DNA of 64,000 nucleotides, taken from the IMG/VR virus record IMGVR_UViG_3300046170_000502, positions 113,352 to 177,351 of that record; one strand, given 5' to 3'. A program made the translations under genes and the position numbers. Source of the DNA: a virus. How positions within the stretch are numbered: the first letter of the stretch is position 1; every line of letters starts with the position of its first letter. The notes under the pieces were generated by a model. That model worked only from the letters and a program-made list of their open reading frames with translations, was not told where the DNA came from and did not search any database. This document shows positions 29,201 through 39,300 of the stretch, in pieces.

Positions 29201-30935
29201 TATAATTCGAAGGAATTAGTATTTTTTTTAATTTTACGTGATAAGTCCTATTTGGAGAACTAGAAAAGTTTTTTGAATCAATATTTACTCCAACCATTGA
29301 ACTGTGGGGGTAAGTTAACTTCTGATTTATGATTTCAGAAAAACTTGCCAATTGAAGAACTTTTCTTTTGTTTAATCCCCCAGTATCACCGTCTTTCGCA
29401 GAGGGGTCATACTCGCAACTTAATTTTATAACTTTGAAAGTTACTCCCGAAGAAACCTCGCTAGATCCATTATCTGGGTTATAGTGTATATTAACATCAA
29501 ACTGATAAGGGGCGGTCGCTATTCCAATCAGTTTAAAATGAGATTCGCCATTCGAACTACTCACTAAAGATAGCCCGCTTTTGGATTTTTCTTGCTCTTT
29601 AATAAATTTCTGTCTTTGCATAGTATGATAGAAGCCTCTTGCTATAAAACCGCCGACATTCCCCTCCTGCCAATTACCGTTTTCCTGATCCCATCTTTCT
29701 AAATCTTCTTCTTTTTCTAAATCGAAATTTCTCAAAGACACCCCTTCCGAGTCTAAAACAATACTTCTGGGATCATCGAGCACATTAAACTCTCCATCGT
29801 GCCTATTCATTAAAATAATAAACCTAACATCATTATGAGAAGTGCTTCCGTCACTTTGGTTTATTTGTAGTTCTGTCTTAAATGAAATCCTAACTTGGTC
29901 AACTTCCTTATTTGCCACAAAATGAGAAAACACTTTTGCAGATTGACTTATCGCCTCTGAATGAGATACATAATTAGCCTTCGGTTTATCCTTGTTATTA
30001 TTTTCGTACGGCCCAGGGCCATATAGCAGAGTGTTGTATTCAAGATAAGAAGAAACACTACTAGATATTATTTTGTCATCAAATGCACTTCCCGCCTTAA
30101 ATTGGCACTTCCCCTCTTCCGAGTCTTCAGACTCGTTAAGTATATAATTAAAGGTTCCTTCTTGCCCATTTGAGCTTGGGGTGTTTTTCACCTGAACATC
30201 ATTTAAATATATACCTTCCCTTATGTCGCCCCCAGATATTGGCCCCCCATATTTATTAACAAAACCCTCTATAGGACCTTCGCACAATAAATCAACAAAT
30301 CCCATATTCGAAAAAGATTCTAATGTTAAATCGTTTGAACTATTTCGAATCCTCTTTGCTGAACTATCGTGAGATATGGTAGCACCACCAATTCTCAATC
30401 TACCATAACCTAATGGAACAGCAATTCCTTGAGCTTGTCTAGTTTGCGACCCAGACATCAAAAAAGACTTCGTCGTAGTCGGGGTACCTCTCTTTGGTGG
30501 TTTTGGTGGCTTAAATAAAACATTCATTCCGATTTGAGCTACAGCCCCCCAAACCATCGCAGACGCAACGGCGCCTATAGTAGCTGCGCTTATACCAAAT
30601 AAACTACCACCAGTGATTAAACCACCGACAAAACTCGCTACGACACCCCCGTACGCTCCAGAAACAATATGAATTTCTTCATTTTTATATTTTATTTCAG
30701 TTTCTAATTCATTTACTGAACTATCCTCAACATCTTTTTCGCTTGATATATATTTCGGATCCTTCTTTAGAAAAATATAATGTTCGCCATCAATGGCTTT
30801 TTTTTGTATATAGTCTATAAAGCCTTCGCTGTTGGCCTCTAACGCCTGAATAATCTCGATAGGAGTTTTCGCAGCGATTCTCCACTTCCTACCAAAGCGT
30901 TTTCCCAATTTACCATGTAAATATACCGTTTTCAT
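26223..30935 (-). CDS. Tail tip protein J fused to tail assembly protein I
   Basis: N-terminal VYLHGKLGKRFG (lambda I-like); VPLGYGR, DLLCEGPIEG, YPHSSMVG, WSDNPAW, GITSESQARR (TipJ). Confidence 0.88.
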   Translation of the reverse strand: MKTVYLHGKLGKRFGRKWRIAAKTPIEIIQALEANSEGFIDYIQKKAIDGEHYIFLKKDPKYISSEKDVEDSSVNELETEIKYKNEEIHIVSGAYGGVVASFVGGLITGGSLFGISAATIGAVASAMVWGAVAQIGMNVLFKPPKPPKRGTPTTTKSFLMSGSQTRQAQGIAVPLGYGRLRIGGATISHDSSAKRIRNSSNDLTLESFSNMGFVDLLCEGPIEGFVNKYGGPISGGDIREGIYLNDVQVKNTPSSNGQEGTFNYILNESEDSEEGKCQFKAGSAFDDKIISSSVSSYLEYNTLLYGPGPYENNNKDKPKANYVSHSEAISQSAKVFSHFVANKEVDQVRISFKTELQINQSDGSTSHNDVRFIILMNRHDGEFNVLDDPRSIVLDSEGVSLRNFDLEKEEDLERWDQENGNWQEGNVGGFIARGFYHTMQRQKFIKEQEKSKSGLSLVSSSNGESHFKLIGIATAPYQFDVNIHYNPDNGSSEVSSGVTFKVIKLSCEYDPSAKDGDTGGLNKRKVLQLASFSEIINQKLTYPHSSMVGVNIDSKNFSSSPNRTYHVKLKKILIPSNYNPESKTYDGPWDGLFKGQTDLAQSVNEISESNKVWSDNPAWVFFDMLHNPRYGIGKYGLEEYSIDRWQLYKVGKYCDQLIETDFPVETQTSEPRGCKIYISSRGRRSNFEINVDDSAVSASVFTKEFGSGTSFAGKKIAIFVHQHNFGQGQGLDSDQQDTLTRKSINREGEIKVYERVIVYSNTSTRKITVKGPDLRDDSANFESNGIKLIAACATQINYPIVEPRFTANLYLTERSEALEIINSMASIFRGMIAYSSGKVGATYDRDKIPVQLFNNSNILGGDFSYAGVHKNKKATACLVRFNNKDKSFKPDIVYEEDESSMISLGYIENETMGFGITSESQARRLARWILMTSQLETETVKFNAGQEASYLTAGSIIEISDEVRTSSDKSGRILDIQLYRNKILVSQSSGSFTQQYQEYFEPYILIDKSHLSSPGIDKVEIVISLARTNESLEMIEQRARVEESEEDQDQEIESLRTSQILRFEGRVSSDPTVRNFGPQGQKTIIEDLKIKIQMEVSVSDNLIKIYNHGFSDGQKVSFTSDGKLPGGINKTNDGSSNYFVTNSTRHTFQISKTSGGLVVNIFNIGLDMFGNVGGRHYLISSDADMLKDFLDQINLGAAYSIRGLVSVTGELEQISSSTAESIGSNSTEPLSAANSYKSDFLGRYYNSGADWIFIYQSGLWLYIGRLKNRVIGSQDGFWMYIGGSESEVESTGIGWVWTNDNYKNTFWYINTIKKWVYVIYDNSSRDNIVGFYVYDSGTNLSVGDYYILGKDQRLFISGKDSNGFFLMFSETGDVANYMEASSNNPPSSSDLENPRAVKSDISAMYSVDENQSVQGESAVRVELSGGHGINLDLTQIIDISAVASANQQFDNLINSEWYFSKVDTNVIELESSASLIGLMIGITEYGFVNIELPPESKVFRKLESQLFRTISVKELSENKYEVTALEYNPSKFLAVEQKGPPRSPALPIPPQADMSLPDAPDGLLLFDLTV

Positions 30936-30958
30936 TTATACCCTTAAACCTTATATTT

Positions 30959-31324
30959 TTATACACTTATACTTCGATATAGGTAAAAATCATCGTCAGT
31001 TAAACTATATATTAAAAAAGGTATACATAATTCATCAGAACTTTTTATATCACAAGAAGACGGCCTGGAGCCTCCATTCCAATGGCTATGAAAAATATAC
31101 TCAACTACATTATCTACTAAATTCATTGGATTAATTGCGAAAAAATATTTTTTATCAGGATGAATATTTTCGCAAGATTTGAATAAAAAACTATTATTAT
31201 GCTTTACTATTATACCACAACTCTCTTCTTCTTCAAACTTAAGCGCATAATTTTTGCATTGCAATAAAACTTCTTTAGGAATGTTATTCAACTGGGAATT
31301 TTTCCGTTCCAGGGAATCCTCCAA
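30959..31324 (-). CDS. JAB/MPN domain tail assembly protein (lambda K N-terminal half)
   Basis: EESCG...FHSHWNGGSRPSSCD; no NlpC/P60 domain; start may be TTG 31291. Confidence 0.85.
   Translation of the reverse strand: MEDSLERKNSQLNNIPKEVLLQCKNYALKFEEEESCGIIVKHNNSFLFKSCENIHPDKKYFFAINPMNLVDNVVEYIFHSHWNGGSRPSSCDIKSSDELCIPFLIYSLTDDDFYLYRSISV
30961..30966 (-). promoter_or_regulatory. Candidate late promoter GTGTAT
   Basis: 25 nt before ATG 30935; the leader contains AAGG. Confidence 0.5.
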
Positions 31325-32336
31325 ACGGAAGGCCTAAGGATGCTCCAGATTTATTGAAACTTGATAAAGAATCATCTCTGTCGCTAAATCTCTTTCCGCA
31401 TGAAGATAAAGTCTTCCTGCATTGATCTTTGATCCAGTGCTCTGAGTCAAAGAAAGGGTGCCTAGCTGCCGACCCGATATGATCCTTTTTGCATATAAAA
31501 ACTTGTGGTATTTTCTTGTAAGGGTCAGAAGAACTTTTGCCTATAATTTTAACTAATTCACCTCTTGTATATGAAGCCAGTTCATTCTTGGTCCCGCCAA
31601 GCCCATACTTATTCCATTCTGGAATATCTTTTATACCATCTGGGTATTTTGAACTATCACTAAAAGTTAAGGCTTCACCAGAAGAAGACTCTATAGCCAA
31701 CCCTCTATAGTTGCAACCAATATTACATCTATAAACCCATCCGCAAGAACCCGAAAGAACCACTCTAGCAGGAACCGGAGAGTTTTCTAATTCGAGGACT
31801 GACACCAGCTCAAATTGTATATATTGCTTATTTTCGTTACTTTTTTTATTTATATAATATACATCGTCAGGTAAATGAGATTCTGAATCTGCTTGTCCAA
31901 AAGGGTTACTTCCTTCTTGATTTTCGTTTCTATTTTGAAAATTTTCATCATCCAAAAACCTCGCATATGTCCTTTTTCTAGTTACCTTGCAATTAGAAAA
32001 GTCTTTATTAGAATGCACTATTCTAGAAAACAAGCCGTGAGGATTTGCAATTGTAAAAGTTGGCCTAGACAAGGTTCCGTCCGCCTTTTGCTCAAACCCC
32101 TCCATATTAACAGGTAAAGGTTGATAAGATTTTCCTTGCCAAATTATAGGGTTCGTGCCGTTTATCATTGGGCAAAACCTATAAACAGTATCCGCTCCAA
32201 TATTCACTCCGTACAAATCCTCAATCATTTCAAAATTAATCTGCAAATTACTAAAATCTATTTCATATAAATCTATCAAAGCATCAGGAGTCAGTGATAA
32301 AAGTTGTTTATTTAAATTTGATTGAGACTTACCCAT
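31284..32336 (-). CDS. Minor tail protein L-like
   Basis: LIDLYEID, IIWQGKSYQPLP, KVTRKRTYARFLD, C-terminal Cys cluster and PFGGFPG. Confidence 0.9.
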   Translation of the reverse strand: MGKSQSNLNKQLLSLTPDALIDLYEIDFSNLQINFEMIEDLYGVNIGADTVYRFCPMINGTNPIIWQGKSYQPLPVNMEGFEQKADGTLSRPTFTIANPHGLFSRIVHSNKDFSNCKVTRKRTYARFLDDENFQNRNENQEGSNPFGQADSESHLPDDVYYINKKSNENKQYIQFELVSVLELENSPVPARVVLSGSCGWVYRCNIGCNYRGLAIESSSGEALTFSDSSKYPDGIKDIPEWNKYGLGGTKNELASYTRGELVKIIGKSSSDPYKKIPQVFICKKDHIGSAARHPFFDSEHWIKDQCRKTLSSCGKRFSDRDDSLSSFNKSGASLGLPFGGFPGTEKFPVE

Positions 32337-32342
32337 AATATA

Positions 32343-34538
32343 TTATACTACAAAAATTTTAATTATCGAAGAAGAAGTGATATTTATACCTGTATGTTTA
32401 ATTATAACTCCCCCAGTATACTCTCCAGATTTAGACGGACTCAACCCTAAGGAAGATATTGAGTGTCCACTACCAGGGCTAGAAACTACATCAACATAAA
32501 CCTCAGACTTCGGCTGTATAATAGTTTTGCCATTATTTTCAAAAAGTTTAGTAACAACAAAATAATCACAATCAACAAAGGATGAATTTGCGGTTTTAAT
32601 TTGCCCCTTATTGTTTTGAAAGTAAAAATTGGATGCGCCAGAACCATCTGGAGTAAACTCGCCGTTAACAATTTTCATAGCTATAAATGAATGACCGCCG
32701 TCCGGCCCATCTGAATATGTTTTTGAAATTTTTACAAGTTTACCATTTAGACCAAAAGGCATTCCTGAAGTTGGTAGGTAAAAGATATAACCGCTTCTAT
32801 CAATATCCTTCGACAAAACCGACCCATGAATCAAGTTAAAACTCCTTCCTCCATCACTCACTGCTCCCATTGAATTTATAGAGACAACTTGATCTCCTAC
32901 ATTTTTAATATACAATCTCTTTTTTAATTTTTCATCTGCATAAATGGTTGAACCCACGTTTTCTTCGGACATTACAAATGGACTCGTTAAAAACACCTCG
33001 CCAGGCTGAAGAGGTGCGGGGGCAGATTGATTATCGTATTGCTGGGCGGAGTAATTAAAAGCGCATTGCTGAAACCTTGCTGTTATACTGTGATTATTCT
33101 TGTACGTATAAGTATGTTGCCACTCTTGGCATGTAAAATTTTGAAGCGTCTCATAAGGAGCAGGAGGAGTAAACAAAAAGGGAATACAACCATAATGCTG
33201 CTCAAGAAAATGTAATATAGCGTAAGCCTCAGAATCGTCTCTATTGTCAAACTTAAGGTCAAGCTCTAACAAACTTTCATTTATGCCGTCTTTATAGACT
33301 TGGGTATACCCACCAATCAAAGACAAATCCAACACTCTTGGTTTTTGAGAAACACTTAAACCAATAGACGGTTTCCAGAAAAATTCCCTAGACCAATAAT
33401 CTTTATTAATATCCTTAAAATGCCCATCCAATCTTGTCCATATTTGATTTTTTTGAACAGGTTTTAAATTATTATTTTGTTTTTTGCAATAATAGTATCT
33501 ATGATTTTCTGAATTAAAAACAACATCATTTCTCTCGTAGTACTCGCTTGAGCTGTATTCATCAGCCTTGTTTGTTAATAAGCTTTCAGATTTTTGTAAT
33601 AAAGAAGTATCAAGACTCCTTAACTTTACGGTTATATTATTACTGTTCTCAAAAGATAAATCGTGACTAAATTCACTGCAATAAAAATTTTTCGTCTGAA
33701 CCTCTAGGGAGTCATAAGGATGGAAAGTCGCACTTCCATCCCATCTAAAACCGGAAATACCCTGAGAGTACAATAAATTCTGAGAAGGTTTATCCTTCTC
33801 TTTTTGACCTTGATGATTCTCTAAAAAGTGGATGATTGCATTCGCTTCCCTATTTGTTCTATTTTCAAACTTCAAATCAACTTCAAAATTTAACGAGTTT
33901 ACCGTTTTTGGTTGCTTGATTGAATATCCATTTCCATAATCATAACTATAATTATTACAAGTAAAATTCGCAGTCGATCCATAATCCGCGTCAAAGAAAA
34001 ATTTATCAGCAGTCCAAAGATTATCGTTTTCACTTGGTGCAACATTTATTTCAGATAAAGTTAATTGATTTGCTCCTGAAATTTCCAACGAATTTATACC
34101 ATCAGATTCAATACCAACAACAGTAATAAGAGCACCAGTTAAAAGATAAGAATTATTTATAGAATTAACAACATCAGTTTCTATATTTAATATTTTATAT
34201 TTTCCATCATTATTTTTTAGAGAACCACTTAAAGAAATTAATTGGCCAACCTGAAAATCAGAACCAACAGAATATGGATCATTAAATCCATCAACTATAT
34301 AATGACCGCGACCTTCCGATGTGTACGGACCATCTGGCACAAGAGATAATCGATTGGAGTCCTGTATATTTGATCCTCCACCAAAAACCATATCCTCTCG
34401 CGCATAATAAAAAAGCCCATCACCAGTGCTGTATACAAAATCAAATTTTTTATAACTCACACCGGTTTCAAATATACCGCTATAATTTGATATATGAGAT
34501 AATTGCTCAGAGGCTAAGGCTGAATACAAATCTGACAT
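32343..34538 (-). CDS. Minor tail protein M-like (two M domains plus extra domains)
   Basis: Two copies of LKFxNR...EAxAIxHFLExHxG; FFWKPS; PFLFTPP. Confidence 0.8.
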   Translation of the reverse strand: MSDLYSALASEQLSHISNYSGIFETGVSYKKFDFVYSTGDGLFYYAREDMVFGGGSNIQDSNRLSLVPDGPYTSEGRGHYIVDGFNDPYSVGSDFQVGQLISLSGSLKNNDGKYKILNIETDVVNSINNSYLLTGALITVVGIESDGINSLEISGANQLTLSEINVAPSENDNLWTADKFFFDADYGSTANFTCNNYSYDYGNGYSIKQPKTVNSLNFEVDLKFENRTNREANAIIHFLENHQGQKEKDKPSQNLLYSQGISGFRWDGSATFHPYDSLEVQTKNFYCSEFSHDLSFENSNNITVKLRSLDTSLLQKSESLLTNKADEYSSSEYYERNDVVFNSENHRYYYCKKQNNNLKPVQKNQIWTRLDGHFKDINKDYWSREFFWKPSIGLSVSQKPRVLDLSLIGGYTQVYKDGINESLLELDLKFDNRDDSEAYAILHFLEQHYGCIPFLFTPPAPYETLQNFTCQEWQHTYTYKNNHSITARFQQCAFNYSAQQYDNQSAPAPLQPGEVFLTSPFVMSEENVGSTIYADEKLKKRLYIKNVGDQVVSINSMGAVSDGGRSFNLIHGSVLSKDIDRSGYIFYLPTSGMPFGLNGKLVKISKTYSDGPDGGHSFIAMKIVNGEFTPDGSGASNFYFQNNKGQIKTANSSFVDCDYFVVTKLFENNGKTIIQPKSEVYVDVVSSPGSGHSISSLGLSPSKSGEYTGGVIIKHTGINITSSSIIKIFVV

Positions 34539-35455
34539 TATTTAATAATTTCCTTTATTGTTATAGAGCCAATTGATTGTTGCCCTTCTGACACTGAATA
34601 AGATTGTTGCTGAATTCTTCCAGATGTCTTAAAGCGAGCTATCTTGTTTCCATTTATATCCTTTAAAAAAGCTTCTATTTCTGATTTATTTTTATCTCCT
34701 ATGTAACTAGTTGTTTGTTGATCTCCATATGCATTCAAATCAGGAATAATACCATTTGAATCGATACTCATTTCAGATTCAATACTTTCAATAGAAACTC
34801 TACTTGGAACAACTCCATCTGCATCTGTGCTCACCAAGGTGTTTTCTGATGATCTTATTCTATTATGAACTTTCCTATTAACGACTATATTATACTTTAG
34901 GGATGTTATTTCAAATTGCGATTGAGTTGCAGAATCCGCAGAAGCTCCGTTCGCTTCCATCAACCCAAAAGATTTTAATCCGTGCGCAAAATCAGCACTC
35001 AAACGGGTAAACCTTCCCGGCCCTGCTCGATTTATCGTTCCATATATATCATAACTCGCATTCGCTTCAATTACCCTAAATGGTTCAAGCGAAAACCCAA
35101 ATGACTTTAAATACATATTATCAAAAGAATATCTTCCAACAATATTTCTATTTATAGGAGCCTCACTCATTCCATCTTTTATATCGAACAATCGATTAAT
35201 ATTATTAGGAACACCAGATTCAGCAAATGTTTCAGCAGATATTAAAAATTTTATATCTAATTGTCCTTGAATATTTCCTTGCGGAGCGAAGTCTATAAAT
35301 TCTGTTTTCGCACCAGCTATTGCCGCATCATAATCCCCATAAACTCTTTCGGCACTCAAGGTTGGGGTAATAGATAAATCGGCAGATTGAACAAGTAGAT
35401 CTTTTCCTGCTAAAGAAATTTTACCATCCTCAAATCTTAAAAATGGCTTGCTCAT
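34538..35455 (-). CDS. Tail tube-fold paralogue
   Basis: LLVQSADLSITP, duplicated architecture, position next to the tape measure. Confidence 0.5.
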   Translation of the reverse strand: MSKPFLRFEDGKISLAGKDLLVQSADLSITPTLSAERVYGDYDAAIAGAKTEFIDFAPQGNIQGQLDIKFLISAETFAESGVPNNINRLFDIKDGMSEAPINRNIVGRYSFDNMYLKSFGFSLEPFRVIEANASYDIYGTINRAGPGRFTRLSADFAHGLKSFGLMEANGASADSATQSQFEITSLKYNIVVNRKVHNRIRSSENTLVSTDADGVVPSRVSIESIESEMSIDSNGIIPDLNAYGDQQTTSYIGDKNKSEIEAFLKDINGNKIARFKTSGRIQQQSYSVSEGQQSIGSITIKEIIK

Positions 35456-36333
35456 GATGTTGGATTATGCAAGGTCTCATAACCTTTGTATGTTAACGAT
35501 ATGCTCATCTCTCCCTCGATGGATGAATTTATACTTTCACTAATCAATCGCATATTATGGCCAGTAAATGCATTTATTATGCTTTCATTATCCTGAGCGT
35601 CCCTTATTTCAATTACAACATTACTTTTTGGCGCAGCTTGTATTCTATCTTTTATTTCCCTAATTTCATATTCATCCGCAATCATCGTAAAATTAATATC
35701 AGTTTCTATAGGATATTGAGTATCTATTTGAACTGGGCTTAAATTAGGATAATCAACAATTCCATCGCTCCAATCTTGACTTGTTCCTTTGGGAATAGCG
35801 TATAGCGATTGTAAATTTAAACTACGACTATAAGAGAAATCACTTATTGCGTCTACGCTAAAATCACTAACTAATATTTTTATACTCGACTGATCTGGGT
35901 ATCTTATTTCAGGGTGAGCTTTCGTCTCAGGTTGAATCGAAACTCCACTACCTAAATTACCATAAACCGTAAAATCCATCTCGATATCAGGAACGTCCCC
36001 AATAGAACATACAACAGAATATCTGGTCACTCTTGCCTGAGTAAAGCCAAAACCTTTTGTTCCGCTTTCATATAATATCGCTCCGTCAATTTCCTCTTCA
36101 TCGAATTTATATTTTCCTATCGAATTCAATTCAAGTAGAGGATCGGAGCTAACCATTTTCCTCGATAAAGAGAAACTTCCTTCAAGTGGGGCATTTATTA
36201 ATGCATCAATAAAGCCAACCCCAGCCACACGGATGGGCTTTTCGCTTATTCCGTAACTGCCATCAACATTTTGAACCCCAGATAAAGAGTATCCATTGAC
36301 AATCACATTCTGTTCGTAATTTGAATAACTCAT
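35452..36333 (-). CDS. Tail tube-fold paralogue
   Basis: SGVQNVDGSYG and YPIETDINFTMI align by eye with the major tube protein. Confidence 0.55.
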   Translation of the reverse strand: MSYSNYEQNVIVNGYSLSGVQNVDGSYGISEKPIRVAGVGFIDALINAPLEGSFSLSRKMVSSDPLLELNSIGKYKFDEEEIDGAILYESGTKGFGFTQARVTRYSVVCSIGDVPDIEMDFTVYGNLGSGVSIQPETKAHPEIRYPDQSSIKILVSDFSVDAISDFSYSRSLNLQSLYAIPKGTSQDWSDGIVDYPNLSPVQIDTQYPIETDINFTMIADEYEIREIKDRIQAAPKSNVVIEIRDAQDNESIINAFTGHNMRLISESINSSIEGEMSISLTYKGYETLHNPTS

Positions 36334-36335
36334 GA

Positions 36336-39300
36336 TTAATCACTTAGTAATCCCCCTGGGCGCTGCTCCTCAACAATTACAGAAACAACTTGTTGCTTTA
36401 TTTTTTCCGCAAGCATGGTTGAGCTCTGCTCAGAGTCTGACTTTTCTACTGGATCCCGGTTTGATCCTGATGAGTTTGTTTTTGATGACCCTTTCTTACC
36501 CGCTTCTAAATTGATGGAAATATTTATATTATTAGTGCTTCCTCCCGAAATCCCTGACTCCGAAGAAGTGTTTATTGGAGATACCGACCCTCCATCATTA
36601 AATTTACCTGCATTAATTCTGTCAAGCGTCGGCTTACCGAGTTGACGAGCACTACTTGCGCGAATTACATATTCTCCCTCGCTGAGCATCGCTGGAATTT
36701 GATCGATGCCAGATTTTCCTGCGATGTGGCCACCGCTGGCGTATTTGCGAATTGAGCCGCCATAATAATTAGGCTTCCATGGCCCAAGTCGCGAATCTAT
36801 ATTAAATATTTTATCCATCGCACCAGGATTAAATCCACCACCACCACCTGCAATGTCGGAAACTAAGTCACTACCTTGCGCTATAGAACCCCAGCCCGCA
36901 CTTGGAGCTTTTAAGACGGTTCCTGTGCCAGTTGGCTTTGCAGAAAACAGACCCTTGCCACTACCCCCCCCACCAATACCATAACTTATTCCTGCACTTA
37001 AAGCGGTACCAAGTAATTGTTTCCAAAATGCCTTTTTCTTTGCCTTTTTTGCAGCTGCAGCCTGTCGAGCTCTTTCCTCTTCTGCAAGCACGCCAAGCAG
37101 AGATTCTCTATCTTCCCCGAGCCCAACGTTACCAGATTGACTATAAAAGAACCCGCTCATCGCTCGACTTTGGTGTGCTCGACCAGATTCGTAACCTCGT
37201 CCACCACCGAAGTTTGAAGCTAGGGCTGAGCCTGGAGCTGCGCCACCATTCGAATATCCGGGAATTTTTCCTCCAGCATTCAAACTATGCATAAAAGCTC
37301 CACCATATTTGTTTACGGCGCCTCGACCCATCACGTATTCTCCGTCGGTTACCATAGCAGGCACTCCTCCACCTCGACTGTAATTGCGAATAGACCCTCC
37401 TGTAGATTTTCCTGGCATTGGAATTGCTCCTACTATTTGATTGGCCGCAGCAGTAAGATATGCATTTTGTATAGCTTGCAGAAAATTCATAGCTACCCCT
37501 TGAAGAACATCGCCTAGATTTTCTGCTTGATTAATTGCGGCTCGCATACCAGAAACTAATCCGTTTCTAAAATTTGTAGCAACAATTCCACCAAGCTGAT
37601 GATCAAGTTCGGCAGCGCTTTCTCTCATTTTATTTTGCTCGCCGGCGAATCCATATTGAAATGCTTGAGGTCCAGTTTTTTGACTTAGTAAAGATTGCTC
37701 TGTTTGTTGTTCTGATAAAGCTTTGTTTTTTGCGAGCCTTTCTATTTCTTTGTAATCCCCCTTAAGTTTAGTCAATTGAGCTTTTTGAAATGCTAGAGTT
37801 AACGTAGTTCTTTCTTCTAAATTTGCTTTTTTCCCCAACGATTTCTAATATTTTTCTTCTTTCCTTTAAATTAGTTTTTGAGAATTTTTCTCCGCTTAAA
37901 TCATTTGTATCTTTCAAGTAATCCTTAAAAGATTGTTGATAATCTGTACTCATTAAAGTTTTTAAAACGTCTCCAGCTATTCCTTGCTCTGCTTTTATAT
38001 TAGATTTTTTCCTCTCCTTCTCTGCATTTTCTATTGCGTTAAGGTATGCAGCGTTAAATTTTTCCTCCTTAGTCATAAAATCCGCCCTAACTTTCATCAT
38101 AGATGCGTATTGATTATTCATCTCCGCTTGAGATGAAGTTGCTCTTTTTATTTGTTTATTAAATTTATTTTGAGAATCTAATGATATTTTTTGACTATTT
38201 ATTTGAAGAATTGTTGCTTCGTTTTGTTTAGATTGAGCAACGAAAGATTCATCCATTTTTTGAACCAATAATTTAGTAACCTTATCTAAATTTTCTAAAC
38301 CTTGTTCCCCTTCTAACATACCTGCAATCTTCTGCGCAAATTGTCCATAAGTTTGCATGCTTTTAGATTCTTCAGAAAAACTGATAGATCCGTTTTCGCC
38401 CTTCATTAAATCAGGAAACATATCTACAGTTGAAGACATGGAATCTAGAAGATTAAAAATAATCTCTCTTTGGGTCCCGCCTGTATTTTTTACATCAACA
38501 TTATATTTACTTAAATCTGCCTGAGCACTTTGCACTCTGTTTCTTAGCGCTTCATCTAAATCTCTCCCCCCTCCATATATTATTTGAGATTCATCTATTT
38601 TTTTCTGGCCGCTGGGTAAAGTTTTTGAAATTTGTCTAAATTCTTCAAATGAAGCTGGAACGCTTGGCAAAGTTTGGGAGAGAACATCTTTTACGGTTTT
38701 ATTGAGCATTGGATTTGTCTTCTTAACTATGGATTGCTGATTCGTAATTTCGCCAGTGGCTACATTTAAAACATCAGTTTTTTTCTCAAGTAAATTAGAG
38801 TTATCACCGAGAAACTTTCCCGCTGTCATCCCTCCTGCACCTCCTGGCCCAGAAAGCTCATTAACCATATCACCCAATGGCAAAAACGAAGCAAAAGATT
38901 TAGCTCTTTGCTCAGACTCTTCTTGTATGGTATTTGTTGACTGTTCCAGGCTTGACACCAATCCTCCCAATGCTCCAACTGCGGCACCTATTGCTGTTCC
39001 GAATCCAGGAAACATCATACCTATACCTGCGCCAGTTGCTGCCCCAGTTAACGCGCCAGACATCAGGCTGCCTCCTGAGCCAGGTTTTTCTGCCCCAGGA
39101 ATAAATCCCGCAAGCATTGGTAAGCCCATCATTAAACCCATGCCACCCATACCTGAACCCATACCTTTAACGCTTTGGGTTAATTTAGTTCTCAAAGTTC
39201 TATTAGCTTGAGTAACCCTTTGAACGGCTGATTCATTTGCTTTGTATTTTTGCCCAAGACTAGTAACTATTTGCGCTAATTTTTCCTGACCTTTCCTACC

